IMG/VR virus record: IMGVR_UViG_3300037851_000141
Span: 256,001-320,000 of that record
DNA from: a virus
Lineage: Duplodnaviria > Caudoviricetes
Length of the DNA stretch: 64,000 bases
Direction: 5' to 3' (one strand)
Shown: positions 19,783 through 29,928 of the stretch, in pieces
Numbering within the stretch: the first letter of the stretch is position 1
How the letters are laid out: each line of letters starts with the position of its first letter
Position numbers and translations under genes: made by a program
Notes under the pieces: model-generated
Told to the model about the DNA's origin: nothing
The model's database searches: none
What the model saw: the letters and a program-made list of their open reading frames with translations, nothing else

Positions 19783-20736
19783 ATGCCACAAGATGATAAA
19801 GTTTATAATCAATTAAAAGAAACCTGGAAGAACATTATTCAAGAAATGTTTATCCACGGTGATCCAAATAATAAGAATGTTATAGCGTTTAGAGATAGTA
19901 TTTGGTTATTAGCGAATGATATTCCGGCATCACTTGCCAATGAGATATATAAAAAAGTAGGAATTGATATCAAGTATAATGAAGATGCTGATTTTTTGGA
20001 TTTAGCGAATGAAATAATGAATGAAAAGCCGGATGTACTTACAGGGTCTATTAATGATAAAACCTTATTAGTTTATAGTTCAGGATCGTTTACATTAGAT
20101 CCGAAGTCATCTATTCTTATCAAAAAAGTTGTACAGCATCTCAAACTCAAAAAAGTTGATTATCAGGAAATGGAAGATCAATTTACAGTTCCCAAGAAGA
20201 AAATAACTGGTCAAGTTCCAGACATAGCATATCATGGAACGTCTCTCAATTATCTCGATAGCATTTTGAGACACGGATTAGAACCAAGAGGAAGTCAAAG
20301 CAATTACGAACAACAAGGCATTTACCACGATGATAAGATATTTTTCTCAACTAGATTTGGAGAAGCAAGTCATCACGCAGATCATACAGCAGCATTGAAA
20401 CAATCTAAACCTGTTGTTATTGAGTTTAGAATTCCAGATAAAAATCTTATAACTCCAGATTATGACATTGATATCCAAAGTGGTGAAACGTTGTGGTCAG
20501 ATACAAGAGATAGCAAATCGAAACTTACCAATCCAAAGAGTCAAAGCGCAAGTCAAGAGTTTGGAATATACGGTTATCAAGGAAAAATAATACCCCAACA
20601 TTTTAGATATTTTTACATAAACTTAAGTGGGGATGAATATTCAACGCTTAAAAGCTATAAGAGATTTACATACAAACAATTACAAAAAATTATTAACAGA
20701 TATGGTGACTTAGAATCTTATTTGGATTATTATTGA
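19783..20736 (+). CDS. ADP-ribosyltransferase-like protein with a candidate capsid-targeting N-terminus
   Basis: AYHGTSLNYLDSILRHGLEP, IFFSTRFGEASHHA, VVIEFRIP; N-terminus DDKVYNQLKETWKNIIQE. Confidence 0.6.
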   Translation: MPQDDKVYNQLKETWKNIIQEMFIHGDPNNKNVIAFRDSIWLLANDIPASLANEIYKKVGIDIKYNEDADFLDLANEIMNEKPDVLTGSINDKTLLVYSSGSFTLDPKSSILIKKVVQHLKLKKVDYQEMEDQFTVPKKKITGQVPDIAYHGTSLNYLDSILRHGLEPRGSQSNYEQQGIYHDDKIFFSTRFGEASHHADHTAALKQSKPVVIEFRIPDKNLITPDYDIDIQSGETLWSDTRDSKSKLTNPKSQSASQEFGIYGYQGKIIPQHFRYFYINLSGDEYSTLKSYKRFTYKQLQKIINRYGDLESYLDYY

Positions 20737-20797
20737 TACTTTAGTTGTTGATTTTAGATTCTGCTTGACTTTTATTTTTTGACTGTATAATGTGGTC

Positions 20798-21763
20798 ATG
20801 AACTTAGAGAATATCGGCTTTTACACTTTATCTGATGACCGGGCTAAGAACTCGTCAGATAAGACTCCATTACATCGGTGTGAACTACTGTTAACTAAAC
20901 GTTGTAATTTTAGATGTCCTTATTGTCGTGGAACTGGCCCTAAGCAAGAGGCATCATTAGAAGAAGCCCAAATGGTTGTTTCTGAGTGGGCTAAACATGG
21001 ATTGAAGAATGTTAGGTTTTCTGGTGGTGAACCTACAGTTTGGCCGCATTTGGTAGAATTGATTAAGCATACCAAGTCATTAGGTGTTGAGCGCATTGCT
21101 ATTTCTTCAAACGGTAGTGCGAGTAAGGAATTATATAAAGAGTTATGTGATTCTGGAGTAAACGATTTTTCTATTTCATTGGATGCTTGTTGTTCCTCTA
21201 CTGGTGATACTATGTCTGGTGTAAAAGGTGCTTGGAATACTGTTGTCGAGAATATTAAGTATCTTTCGACCTTGACATATGTTACAGTAGGTGTCGTTCT
21301 AACTAATAATAACATTGAAGAATTGGGTAAAATCATTGAATTTGCTCATAAACTTGGTGTTGCTGATATTAGAATCATTTCAGCGGCTCAAGTCTCAAAT
21401 GATATAATTCTGAATGTTGATGTGTCTGATGATGTAAAAATGAAGCATCCTATCTTAATGTATCGTTTGAAGAACTTATCTGTTGGAAGAAATGTTCGTG
21501 GATTAAAAGAAACTGACACCCACAAATGTCCTTTGGTATTAGACGATATGGCTGTTATGGATGGAAAACATTATCCTTGTATCATCTATATGCGTGAAGG
21601 TGGAGCCGCTATCGGTGAAGTTGGACCTAATATGCGTCAAGAGCGTTTAGATTGGTTCAATAAGACTGATACTCATAAAAATAAAATATGTAAAAATAAC
21701 TGTTTGGATGTTTGTCAAGATTTCAATAACAAGTGGGAAGAGTTTCGGAAAAATCCTGCTTGA
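20798..21763 (+). CDS. Radical SAM protein, substrate unknown
   Basis: CNFRCPYC (CxxxCxxC), FSGGEP, SSNG, ISLD; C-terminal Cys cluster. Confidence 0.9.
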   Translation: MNLENIGFYTLSDDRAKNSSDKTPLHRCELLLTKRCNFRCPYCRGTGPKQEASLEEAQMVVSEWAKHGLKNVRFSGGEPTVWPHLVELIKHTKSLGVERIAISSNGSASKELYKELCDSGVNDFSISLDACCSSTGDTMSGVKGAWNTVVENIKYLSTLTYVTVGVVLTNNNIEELGKIIEFAHKLGVADIRIISAAQVSNDIILNVDVSDDVKMKHPILMYRLKNLSVGRNVRGLKETDTHKCPLVLDDMAVMDGKHYPCIIYMREGGAAIGEVGPNMRQERLDWFNKTDTHKNKICKNNCLDVCQDFNNKWEEFRKNPA

Positions 21764-21787
21764 CATTCAGAAAATAGTCGGTAGAAT
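21760..21787 (+). promoter_or_regulatory. Promoter of the coiled-coil gene plus downstream RNA
   Basis: TTGACA-N16-TAGAAT; its TGA is the radical SAM stop. Confidence 0.75.
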
Positions 21788-21817
21788 AAACGCGCACAAA
21801 TAACAAAGGAATCAACC

Positions 21818-22294
21818 ATGGCTCGCATCACTCTCCGTAAGGCTCTCAATAAAAAGAACAAACTCATTGGTCGTATCAAGGAGTTGGAAACCCATATTGC
21901 TCGTAATTTCAACAAATCTATCCAATATGTTGATGGTCAGGCTCTTTCTTGCCGTCAAATGGATATAACCAAAGAATATAAGGAACTATTTGACACCAAG
22001 AATAAGCTGGTTCTTCTCAAGTCGGCGCTGGCTAAAGCTAATGTCGGTATCTATGAAAAGATTTATCGCATTGCCGAGTTAAAGGCTGATATTACTTGGT
22101 TGCGTGGACTGAACACAAATGCCGGTAAATCTGTAAACGAGTATGGTGACAAGACTTACATCACCGAAAGTACTCCATTCAAATCTGCTGAAGAAGTAAT
22201 GGCGATGATCAAATATGACGAAGGGTTGATTGAAACCTTCCAAGAGCAGATTGACGAATTCAACGGTGTGACTTTTATTGAACTTGATGACTGA
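21818..22294 (+). CDS. Coiled-coil protein resembling the DIP1984/DUF6847 family
   Basis: ITLRKALNKKNKL...LKSALAKANV...QEQIDEFNGVTFIEL matches the pattern as I recall it; not verified by HMM. Confidence 0.55.
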   Translation: MARITLRKALNKKNKLIGRIKELETHIARNFNKSIQYVDGQALSCRQMDITKEYKELFDTKNKLVLLKSALAKANVGIYEKIYRIAELKADITWLRGLNTNAGKSVNEYGDKTYITESTPFKSAEEVMAMIKYDEGLIETFQEQIDEFNGVTFIELDD

Positions 22295-22314
22295 TTTTTG
22301 ATTTTGGCAACTAT

Positions 22315-22546
22315 ATATCCGCCCAACTCTTTAGATTGTTAAATATCTAAGGAACAAAACTATAAGCCCCAAAAAGGCATATAGCGCATCTTTCCTTCGG
22401 GGAAGATTAACATACCTGGAACCGATAGTGGTAGAGCCTTGAGCTATTCTTGACTCTTACATTATCCGAACTCTTTAATCCGAAATCAAGCTTCCAGGCT
22501 CTTTTCGTTCCTTTATATTTAACGGTTTGATGGGTTGGGCGGATAT
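22315..22546 (+). ncRNA. Unassigned 232-nt multibranched RNA
   Basis: ATATCCGCCCAAC/GTTGGGCGGATAT, GTTAAATAT/ATATTTAAC, AAGGAAC/GTTCCTT, CCTGGAA/TTCCAGG, C(UUCG)G hairpin; G-U pairs favour the + strand. Confidence 0.75.
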
Positions 22547-22548
22547 TT

Positions 22549-23607
22549 TTATTCTATCTCTCCACCACCTAAACAAACATCATTAGCCAAGTCATAGAAT
22601 ACCGCATGTTGACCTGGAGCCGCAACTACAGGATCATCAGTTAAGACTTTTACAACAGAATCAGATTTGTATAACTTAGCCTTTGTACAGGTTCCACGAT
22701 AACGAACTTGACAAACGACTTCCATACCATCATAAAAAGGTCCAGGGAACAATTCATTTTTGATAGTAAAGTCATTAGTTGAAATCTTCTCAATAGTATC
22801 AACATATATTACATTATTATTGACATCTACCTTATCAACAAAGAGTGGAATTGGAGTACCGTGTAAGCCGATTCCTTTTCTTTGGCCTTTAGTCTTTCCC
22901 CAAACGCCATTATGTTGCCCAATTACCATATTCTTATATACAATAGGTCCACGCTTTTTCTGTAATCCACCAAAGTCAAATAGGAACTCACTAATATTGC
23001 CACCAGGGACCATACACAGATCGGTAGAGTCGGGTTTAGCGGCAACATGAATCCCGATCTTATTAGCAATCTCCCTAATCTCCATTTTAGTAGAGAATCC
23101 ACCTAAAGGGAAATGAATCTGTGGAATTATATCTTTAGGAATCCGATAGAGGAAGTAAGACTGGTCCTTTTTCAGATCCTTGGCCCTAGTGATAAAGAAC
23201 TGATCATCTATCTCTTTCGTATTAGCATAATGTCCGGTTGCTAAATGAACAGACCTATCACCATTTACAGCTTGGTAGAGGCTATTGATTTTAGTTGTGG
23301 CATTACAGAGGATACAAGGTGATGGAGTTAAGCCATTCTCGTAATCCTTTACCATTGGCTTTACAGTATGGTCCATAAAGGTCTGTTGAGCATCTATGAC
23401 CTTAAATTGGATACCTAAGTCATTGGCAATCTTTGAAGCATCTTGAGTAGCTTTAGCATTACAACAGGATGCCGAATTGATATTTTGATTACAACGCCAA
23501 AGGACAAGATTTACTCCAATGACGTTATATCCATTACTCTTTAGTAGGTGAGCAGATACAGCAGAGTCAACGCCACCAGACAGACCAACAGCCACAGTAA
23601 TAGGCAT
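22549..23607 (-). CDS. mnmA: tRNA 2-thiouridylase
   Basis: GLSGGVDSAV, ATGHYA, KDQSYFL, KPDSTDLC, QVRYR, APGQHAVFY. Confidence 0.95.
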   Translation of the reverse strand: MPITVAVGLSGGVDSAVSAHLLKSNGYNVIGVNLVLWRCNQNINSASCCNAKATQDASKIANDLGIQFKVIDAQQTFMDHTVKPMVKDYENGLTPSPCILCNATTKINSLYQAVNGDRSVHLATGHYANTKEIDDQFFITRAKDLKKDQSYFLYRIPKDIIPQIHFPLGGFSTKMEIREIANKIGIHVAAKPDSTDLCMVPGGNISEFLFDFGGLQKKRGPIVYKNMVIGQHNGVWGKTKGQRKGIGLHGTPIPLFVDKVDVNNNVIYVDTIEKISTNDFTIKNELFPGPFYDGMEVVCQVRYRGTCTKAKLYKSDSVVKVLTDDPVVAAPGQHAVFYDLANDVCLGGGEIE

Positions 23608-23670
23608 GGTTATTCCTTATGGCGGGATTATAACATCAGCCAAAGGGAAGTCAAGAGTAAAGCAGAATGG

Positions 23671-24099
23671 TCAAATTAAGTCAAACTTGCCAATAGATAA
23701 AGTAAATTGGACATCATACATATCATTACCCAAAGGTTTGACTATTACATCGTTTACTATTATCTCTTCATTCTTTACTGGAAATTGGTGAACAGCATCT
23801 TCAAACTGTTCTGGCGTGTTTAGTAGACCAGCATCACCAGTAAACCACTCTTTTACAAACTGTTCTGGCGAGGTTGTATAATACTCATCTATCATTTTAG
23901 GTGGAATGTATAGTTGACCCCTAAAAGTCATAGAACCGGAAATAAAAGTATCCTCTCTTGTTTCACCGGGTTCTTCCTTTAGTCGGCCATTAATCCACTT
24001 TACTTTTCTTATATCTTTACTAAACCGTTGATCAGCAGCATTACTCATATCAAGGTTTTCGAAAATCATCTTTATCTTGTCTTTTAGTGATTTACTCAT
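23671..24099 (-). CDS. Late-promoter hypothetical protein, candidate internal virion protein
   Basis: TATAAATA at 24123-24130; N-terminus MSKSLKDKIKMIFE. Confidence 0.6.
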   Translation of the reverse strand: MSKSLKDKIKMIFENLDMSNAADQRFSKDIRKVKWINGRLKEEPGETREDTFISGSMTFRGQLYIPPKMIDEYYTTSPEQFVKEWFTGDAGLLNTPEQFEDAVHQFPVKNEEIIVNDVIVKPLGNDMYDVQFTLSIGKFDLI

Positions 24100-24122
24100 G
24101 GCTTTATTCCACCCTTTACTCT

Positions 24123-24130
24123 TATTTATA
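24123..24130 (-). promoter_or_regulatory. T4-type late promoter TATAAATA
   Basis: Exact octamer 23 nt upstream of ATG 24099. Confidence 0.6.
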
Positions 24131-24759
24131 TTTGTTTGCGATGAAAAATTGAAAAAATGGGGATACAGAGCGTTCTAACACACATACAACGATTAAGATT
24201 CTTTTTTGAAATCGCCTGCCTCATATAGTGCCTTTTCAAGCTGATCTATATCGTCTAGCTTCCAGTAATGTTGAGCCTTCTTCAGAGCCGACTTTAGTTT
24301 GTCTATTTCAGCCTGTTGATCACGTAGAACCGGAAACAATTGTAATCTTACTTCTTGGGCGGCTCTATTGGCACGTTCATTAGCTCTTTCGACAGCAAGT
24401 CGTAATTCGTTTAGTTGTTCATCAATCATAGTAATCCTGCCTCTTCCGCTGCATTGAGGGCATCACAAATAAACCTCTGCTTTTCTGATGACGTACAAGC
24501 ACAAAGCCATTGATCGGGACGAGGTTCACCATTGAAATCACCACAGGTTTTGGAATCAACAATTGGATAGATAGCGTCAACTTTAGGGCATTCACTATTA
24601 CCGCCATTAAAGATATCGAATATCCAATCCGAATATTCTTTAGTAACAATTCCACACCACATGTTAAATCGTTGAGCCATTCCACCATCCTATTGAACAA
24701 GTGATGCAGCAGAGCCACAATAACCCTGCTGCACCCTTGTTTTGTCTTTATTACTTGAC

Positions 24760-25167
24760 TCAGGCTTGAGCAGCAGCAGGCGCAGAGTCAGTGGTAGCAG
24801 TAGCCTCAGTGTTCTTGGCTGGACGACCGCGCTTCTTCTTTTCTCCCTGGACCTTTACGATACCAGTACGAGGCTTAGGAGCGCGAACACCAGGGATCAG
24901 AGCAACATCATAACGAACACCATCAATCTCAGCGTATGGGAATTGGCCGGATGGGTGGGTTAGCTTGATCTTACTATCCTTGGCGAATGAGCTATTACCA
25001 GCATCGACAACCGTAAACATATGATCTACGGGGGTGTCTCCGATCTTAGTAATATTCTCAGCCTCACCATAATGACGAGCCGGGAAGACGGTCAGACGAG
25101 CAGTTTCCTGTCCATCCTTCGTTCCGACAAGGTGATAGGGCTTAGACATGATACGGACAGCAGGCAT
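24760..25167 (-). CDS. Hypothetical protein with an AT-hook-like tail
   Basis: KKKRGRPAK; AAGGAG RBS before MPAVRIM. Confidence 0.65.
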   Translation of the reverse strand: MPAVRIMSKPYHLVGTKDGQETARLTVFPARHYGEAENITKIGDTPVDHMFTVVDAGNSSFAKDSKIKLTHPSGQFPYAEIDGVRYDVALIPGVRAPKPRTGIVKVQGEKKKRGRPAKNTEATATTDSAPAAAQA

Positions 25168-26316
25168 GGGTTCTCCTTTATGAGTAAGTAGCCTGTTTGT
25201 GAGCGAGTAGTTTACCGAAATAATTCCTAAAGTCAAGAGTTATTTTTAGGCCAGTCAGACATAAGAGAATTTGTTGAAGTTCCTTTTGAGAACATATTAT
25301 CGTTGGTTCGTAGCACAGCACCATCTTCAGTAAAATATTCAATATGGTGTGGCTTTATAATATCAACAGCAATCGTTAAAATCTTTACTTTATTAGTAAT
25401 TTGGTCATTCCACTTAGTAAGAGTTCCAATTGTTTCCTCAACATGTTTCATTTCACTTAATATTTCGTTATGGACATCTTTTTTATGTTGTTTAATAACT
25501 TGAGTGAGATTTTCTATAGCTTCCATAATCTGTTTTTGTTGATTTTCAATATTTTGGAGTCGTTCATTGAAATCATTATCATCAAGTCCGGTTGTCATTT
25601 GGTTATTCCTTATTGGATTTGTGTAGTGCGACCATCAATAAGATATCACTCTGTCCAATATTGTTTTGTCATGTTTATTTCTCAGGATTGATATCAGAAA
25701 TTTGTGCTTGGTGGATGTCAATATCAAACTCTGGATGTCTTGGCCGAATAAAGTTGACAACACACTTAAGGATAGTAAACAGTTTAGAAATGTTGAAATC
25801 TCTCTTTACATTATGTTCTTGAGAGAGTCTAACCAGATGAGCCATTCGTTCCATATCTTTGACGAGCATATTCATATTGTCGGTTAGAATATTATTTTGA
25901 GTCTCTACCTTTTGAAGCCTACGATCCATTTCATCTTGGGTATACATGGGAGACTCCTTACTGCTGTTGTGCCTGGATTATACCTTGAGATTTCCAGTTG
26001 TCAAGCAGAGATTTAGCCTCTTTGTAAGTGATGTATTTGCCAGTATATGGAAGGAGTCGAGGGTTTATATGGCAACCACGAATACGATCAGCCTGCTTTA
26101 ATGAACCCCAACCAGATAGTTTAGACCAGAATTTGGGTTCCTGATCATCACTAAGGCGAGTTTCAAGTTGGCTAAATACGACATATACAGCCGGCTTATG
26201 CGACATGGTATAATCCTTAATTTGATGCCGCTATTATAATCGGGTTTTTAGGAAGTCAAGAAAAATAATAATCCCCCACCAGTTGACCGATGAGGGATTA
26301 TCTTCTATTATCTTAA

Positions 26317-27303
26317 TCAGGCTTTAGGAAGGAATCGACCAAACTTATCTCTCTTTGGTGGATTCTTATTAGAGGTCTTACCAATGAATCGACCAAACTT
26401 ATCCCGACTTGGAAGATCAGGCATTGATGGAACAAGCGGAATCTTATTTTCGTCATCCTCAATATACTGTTCAACCAAGTCATCCTCATCATATTCTTCA
26501 TCTGAATCATCTTCAACATGATCAAGATAGTCATCCTCTTTACTAACCTTAACAAGAGGCTCAGAAATCAGTTTAGCAGTAGTAGGATCTTCAGAATTGA
26601 TTGCTAATACCTCAAACTGGCAGCAGCGAAGTTTAGCATTGTTGTAATCGGTAGGAATAGCAACAACATCCTTGGGGTTAATCTTGACATTGAGCAGAAT
26701 ACGAGAGAAATTCTTAGCGTATTCAAACCCAGCAGCATGTAGACCACTGGAACAGGTATTGTTAGGATTACTATCACAATTTTCCCGTGGCATGCTGACG
26801 ATACAACCAACATTATTAACCATTTGACCAGTACGAGCATCAACCAAATCTCCATTTTCATTGCGTTGTACTGCACGATACGCAACAAAGCAACCATCAT
26901 CAGTAATAGGAAGGTTGTTTTTCTCCAAGAATGCGTAAAGATCAGTTTGGGTACGAGGATCGGGGTTAGCCTTACAGTTATTCCAGAACAAAATTAGCGA
27001 CTTGGCTTGTGGGAGAAAACCAGTTTCAGCAAAATCAAACAAACGAGAGCCAAGACAAGCCGGCAACTTATCTGATCCAACAAACACTTCGCCATTATCA
27101 GAAATGTTGAACAGATTAGAAACGTGCTTGCGAATATTCATAAGAGGATCAATAATAGACAAGAAAGTATCGGGATTTGACTCATCTTGTTTAATCAATT
27201 CAACCGCCTTTTCATAAGCAGGAGTGCCAGATAGAACCGTGCGAGGATTCTTACCTGGAAACAAGAGAGTAAGAGAGGTAGCGGACTTGATGAAAGGGAC
27301 CAT
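26317..27303 (-). CDS. rIIB: rIIB-like protein
   Basis: LYAFLEKNNLPITDDGCFVAYRAV, CSSGLH, VKINPKDVVAIPTDYN..KLRCCQFEV; acidic tail. Confidence 0.85.
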   Translation of the reverse strand: MVPFIKSATSLTLLFPGKNPRTVLSGTPAYEKAVELIKQDESNPDTFLSIIDPLMNIRKHVSNLFNISDNGEVFVGSDKLPACLGSRLFDFAETGFLPQAKSLILFWNNCKANPDPRTQTDLYAFLEKNNLPITDDGCFVAYRAVQRNENGDLVDARTGQMVNNVGCIVSMPRENCDSNPNNTCSSGLHAAGFEYAKNFSRILLNVKINPKDVVAIPTDYNNAKLRCCQFEVLAINSEDPTTAKLISEPLVKVSKEDDYLDHVEDDSDEEYDEDDLVEQYIEDDENKIPLVPSMPDLPSRDKFGRFIGKTSNKNPPKRDKFGRFLPKA

Positions 27304-27571
27304 GGGATTATTCCTTTTGTTTAGGCTATAAGTATAACGTGGGTTTAGAGGAAGTCAACCAAAAGTTAATTCGGCTTTCGTATGATGTCCAATTTCAACC
27401 CATTCGCAGACGACAACTCGACTTAGATAGACAATAATAGGCTTTTGACAAAATTTACATAGCATCTTATAACTACCACCACCATAGGATTCAGCATTCC
27501 AGGTAGCAACTTCAGCAAAGCAGTCTTTTTTACCGCAATGAGGGCAGCAGGATTTAGGTTTGCTCATAGTT

Positions 27572-28579
27572 TCAGAAGTTCTTATCTAGGATGTTTACGA
27601 AGTTCTTGCGAATAAGAGTTTGTGCTTGTTCTCCGATTCGACTCTTAATGGCTTTTTGTTCATCCTTTTCAAGAGTCTCAAAGCCGGGATTCTCTTTGAG
27701 GAAGTCTTTATGAGCATCCTGCATGAGTCCACCAAGCAACTTACCGAAATCCTTACCAGTAATATCACCAATTTTACTGATGACATTCTTGAGACGATTT
27801 TCGGTAATGAATTGTGAGAATGAATCAAGGAGAGCAATAGCACCTTCAGACAACTTAAGTTCCTCTTTAGGTGGCCGAGGATGCTTACTCTCTTTACTCT
27901 TTTCACTCCACTTATCATTCTTATTCTTGAGGATAACACGACTGCCACAACCAAAGAAAAGAGGCTTGACGGGACGAAGTACAACACCCTCGCAGATATT
28001 TGGAGAGATTGGAGGTAAACCCAATTGCTCTGGAACCTTAGAATCGAACTCATTGGGGTACTTCATGGCGTCTTCAAATGAGCCACAGAATAAGGTCTTA
28101 GCATGAAGGAATCCGAATTGAGCGTACAACTTCTCAACAGTCAAGGCATCTAACCATTGACCATCAGCAACGATATCAAATCCATAGAAATAGTTATTTG
28201 GTCCATAGAATACACCCTTTTGTACTTTGGTTACTCCAGGGACTTTAGCGACATTAGGATGATCGTAGGAACCACCGCAAATCTCACCGTAAAGAGTCAT
28301 TTCCTGGCAACCAAGATGCTTATAAAGTGATTCAATCTTATCTTTATGTGATTCAGCAACACGATTTAGACCATTGAAATTCTCGCCAGGAGCTAAGAAA
28401 CAACTCCGCTTTCCAAGAATGATTTGACCATCTGGAAGCCGTTTGATTTGAGCCGAACTGCCATGTACTTTTTCCCCAACAACCCACTGTCCAGCAGAAA
28501 AGCCTAATTGGACAATCTTGTTAATGGTTTCGGTACGGTAAGCGTTTTCAATGTCAGGGAATGAGACGAAGGTAGGCAT
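27572..28579 (-). CDS. RNA ligase, Rnl2 family
   Basis: VGEKVHG (motif I), LYGEICG, FYGFDI, EGVVLRP, ILKNKN; C-terminal helical domain. Confidence 0.9.
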   Translation of the reverse strand: MPTFVSFPDIENAYRTETINKIVQLGFSAGQWVVGEKVHGSSAQIKRLPDGQIILGKRSCFLAPGENFNGLNRVAESHKDKIESLYKHLGCQEMTLYGEICGGSYDHPNVAKVPGVTKVQKGVFYGPNNYFYGFDIVADGQWLDALTVEKLYAQFGFLHAKTLFCGSFEDAMKYPNEFDSKVPEQLGLPPISPNICEGVVLRPVKPLFFGCGSRVILKNKNDKWSEKSKESKHPRPPKEELKLSEGAIALLDSFSQFITENRLKNVISKIGDITGKDFGKLLGGLMQDAHKDFLKENPGFETLEKDEQKAIKSRIGEQAQTLIRKNFVNILDKNF

Positions 28580-28928
28580 AGTTGTTTCCTTTATTGTTCG
28601 CCAGCAATTATATCGTCAAAAATCCAAAGTCAAGATGTTTTTGGTTTCCGCAGTTTCTCAAGTTCAATTATTCTCTTTTCAGCATCTTTGACGGCATTTT
28701 CAATTATATATTTTTGATGTTTAATTTTTTGCTCAATAAGATCGTCAGGCAAATAATCAACCTTTTCATATTTTATTGAATAAGTTTCGGCAGAATTGAC
28801 CCAAGCGAACTGCCAACATTCTTCCACGATATAATTTCGCATTTCATAATCTTCACGGAAATCTGGCAATTCAAGATATTCTGGTTCACTTGGTCCAGCA
28901 GAAACGATAACCCAAACTTTGTACCAAG

Positions 28929-29438
28929 TCATTTTTTTCCTTTGTATATCTTCCAGCAAGTAGCCATATCTTTACGCATCTTACAATCAGTTATCAGACC
29001 AAAACTAAGATGCTTATTGCAGCGAGTCTTATACAAGTTATTTACATCTTTACTTTGAAGACCTTGACAAGTATGTTGATATGGACAATGTAATTCTTCA
29101 ATTGGAGCCGGGGTTTTGCCTTCGCGCCATTCTTTGTAATCGGCACCAAACCTGGAGAAATGTAGAGTTTGTCCTTCTTTAGTGGTTACATCTTTAGCAG
29201 AAATACAGTATCCAGCAGCAGTTTCATATACACGTTCAACACCTTTACGAACTTTACGATTCTTGAATTTCTTAAAGGTCCGCTTAAACTCTACTTTACC
29301 AGTTCCATTACAATTCGTACAGACAACAGCAGCACCACTTCTTTCAGCCATACCAACATAAAGTCCAGTTCCGTCGCAAGAATCACAAGCAACTTCTCCA
29401 GTTAGGGTATAGGTGGTTTCGGTTTCGGTGAGGTTCAT
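28929..29438 (-). CDS. Protein with DnaJ-type CxxCxGxG zinc motifs
   Basis: CDSCDGTG and CTNCNGTG. Confidence 0.7.
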   Translation of the reverse strand: MNLTETETTYTLTGEVACDSCDGTGLYVGMAERSGAAVVCTNCNGTGKVEFKRTFKKFKNRKVRKGVERVYETAAGYCISAKDVTTKEGQTLHFSRFGADYKEWREGKTPAPIEELHCPYQHTCQGLQSKDVNNLYKTRCNKHLSFGLITDCKMRKDMATCWKIYKGKK

Positions 29439-29484
29439 TTGTTTCCTTTATTCTGGTGAGAGTTTATCAACGGTTATTATAAAG

Positions 29485-29925
29485 TCAAGCACAAACTGTA
29501 TGACAAGAGATGTCGCAACTAACAAACTCGTCAAAATAACCAAGCCAATTAGGGTAAAATCTATTGGGCAAACCACTTATAAAAGAACGATCACCTTTAT
29601 CTGTGTGGTCTATAATCTTTTTTAATCTGTTTGCGTTATCTTCTGAATCAAATATTGCGACAAATTGAACACAGCCTAATTCACGACCAAAGGTAGAACC
29701 AGTATTATAGGTGACTGAAACAAGGTAAACATTATCGCCAACTTTAGGAACGAAATCGACTTGGATATGTTCTCTATAAGAAAATAGACTTTCATCCGAT
29801 AATTTGATACCATTGACTCTTATTTCGTGTACCAAATCCGAGTGGCTACTATATATGTTATTAGGATTATCCGGTTCGCCACCAGTTGAAGTTTTGTTAT
29901 AGTCAATCCAAAGATAGTTTTCCAT
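29485..29925 (-). CDS. Hypothetical protein
   Basis: 146-aa ORF directly downstream of rIIA. Confidence 0.65.
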   Translation of the reverse strand: MENYLWIDYNKTSTGGEPDNPNNIYSSHSDLVHEIRVNGIKLSDESLFSYREHIQVDFVPKVGDNVYLVSVTYNTGSTFGRELGCVQFVAIFDSEDNANRLKKIIDHTDKGDRSFISGLPNRFYPNWLGYFDEFVSCDISCHTVCA

Positions 29926-29928
29926 GGT

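Noticed and set aside
20798-21763. Viperin or QueE assignment of the radical SAM protein
   Set aside because: Only generic radical SAM motifs are visible; no family-specific residues could be confirmed by eye.
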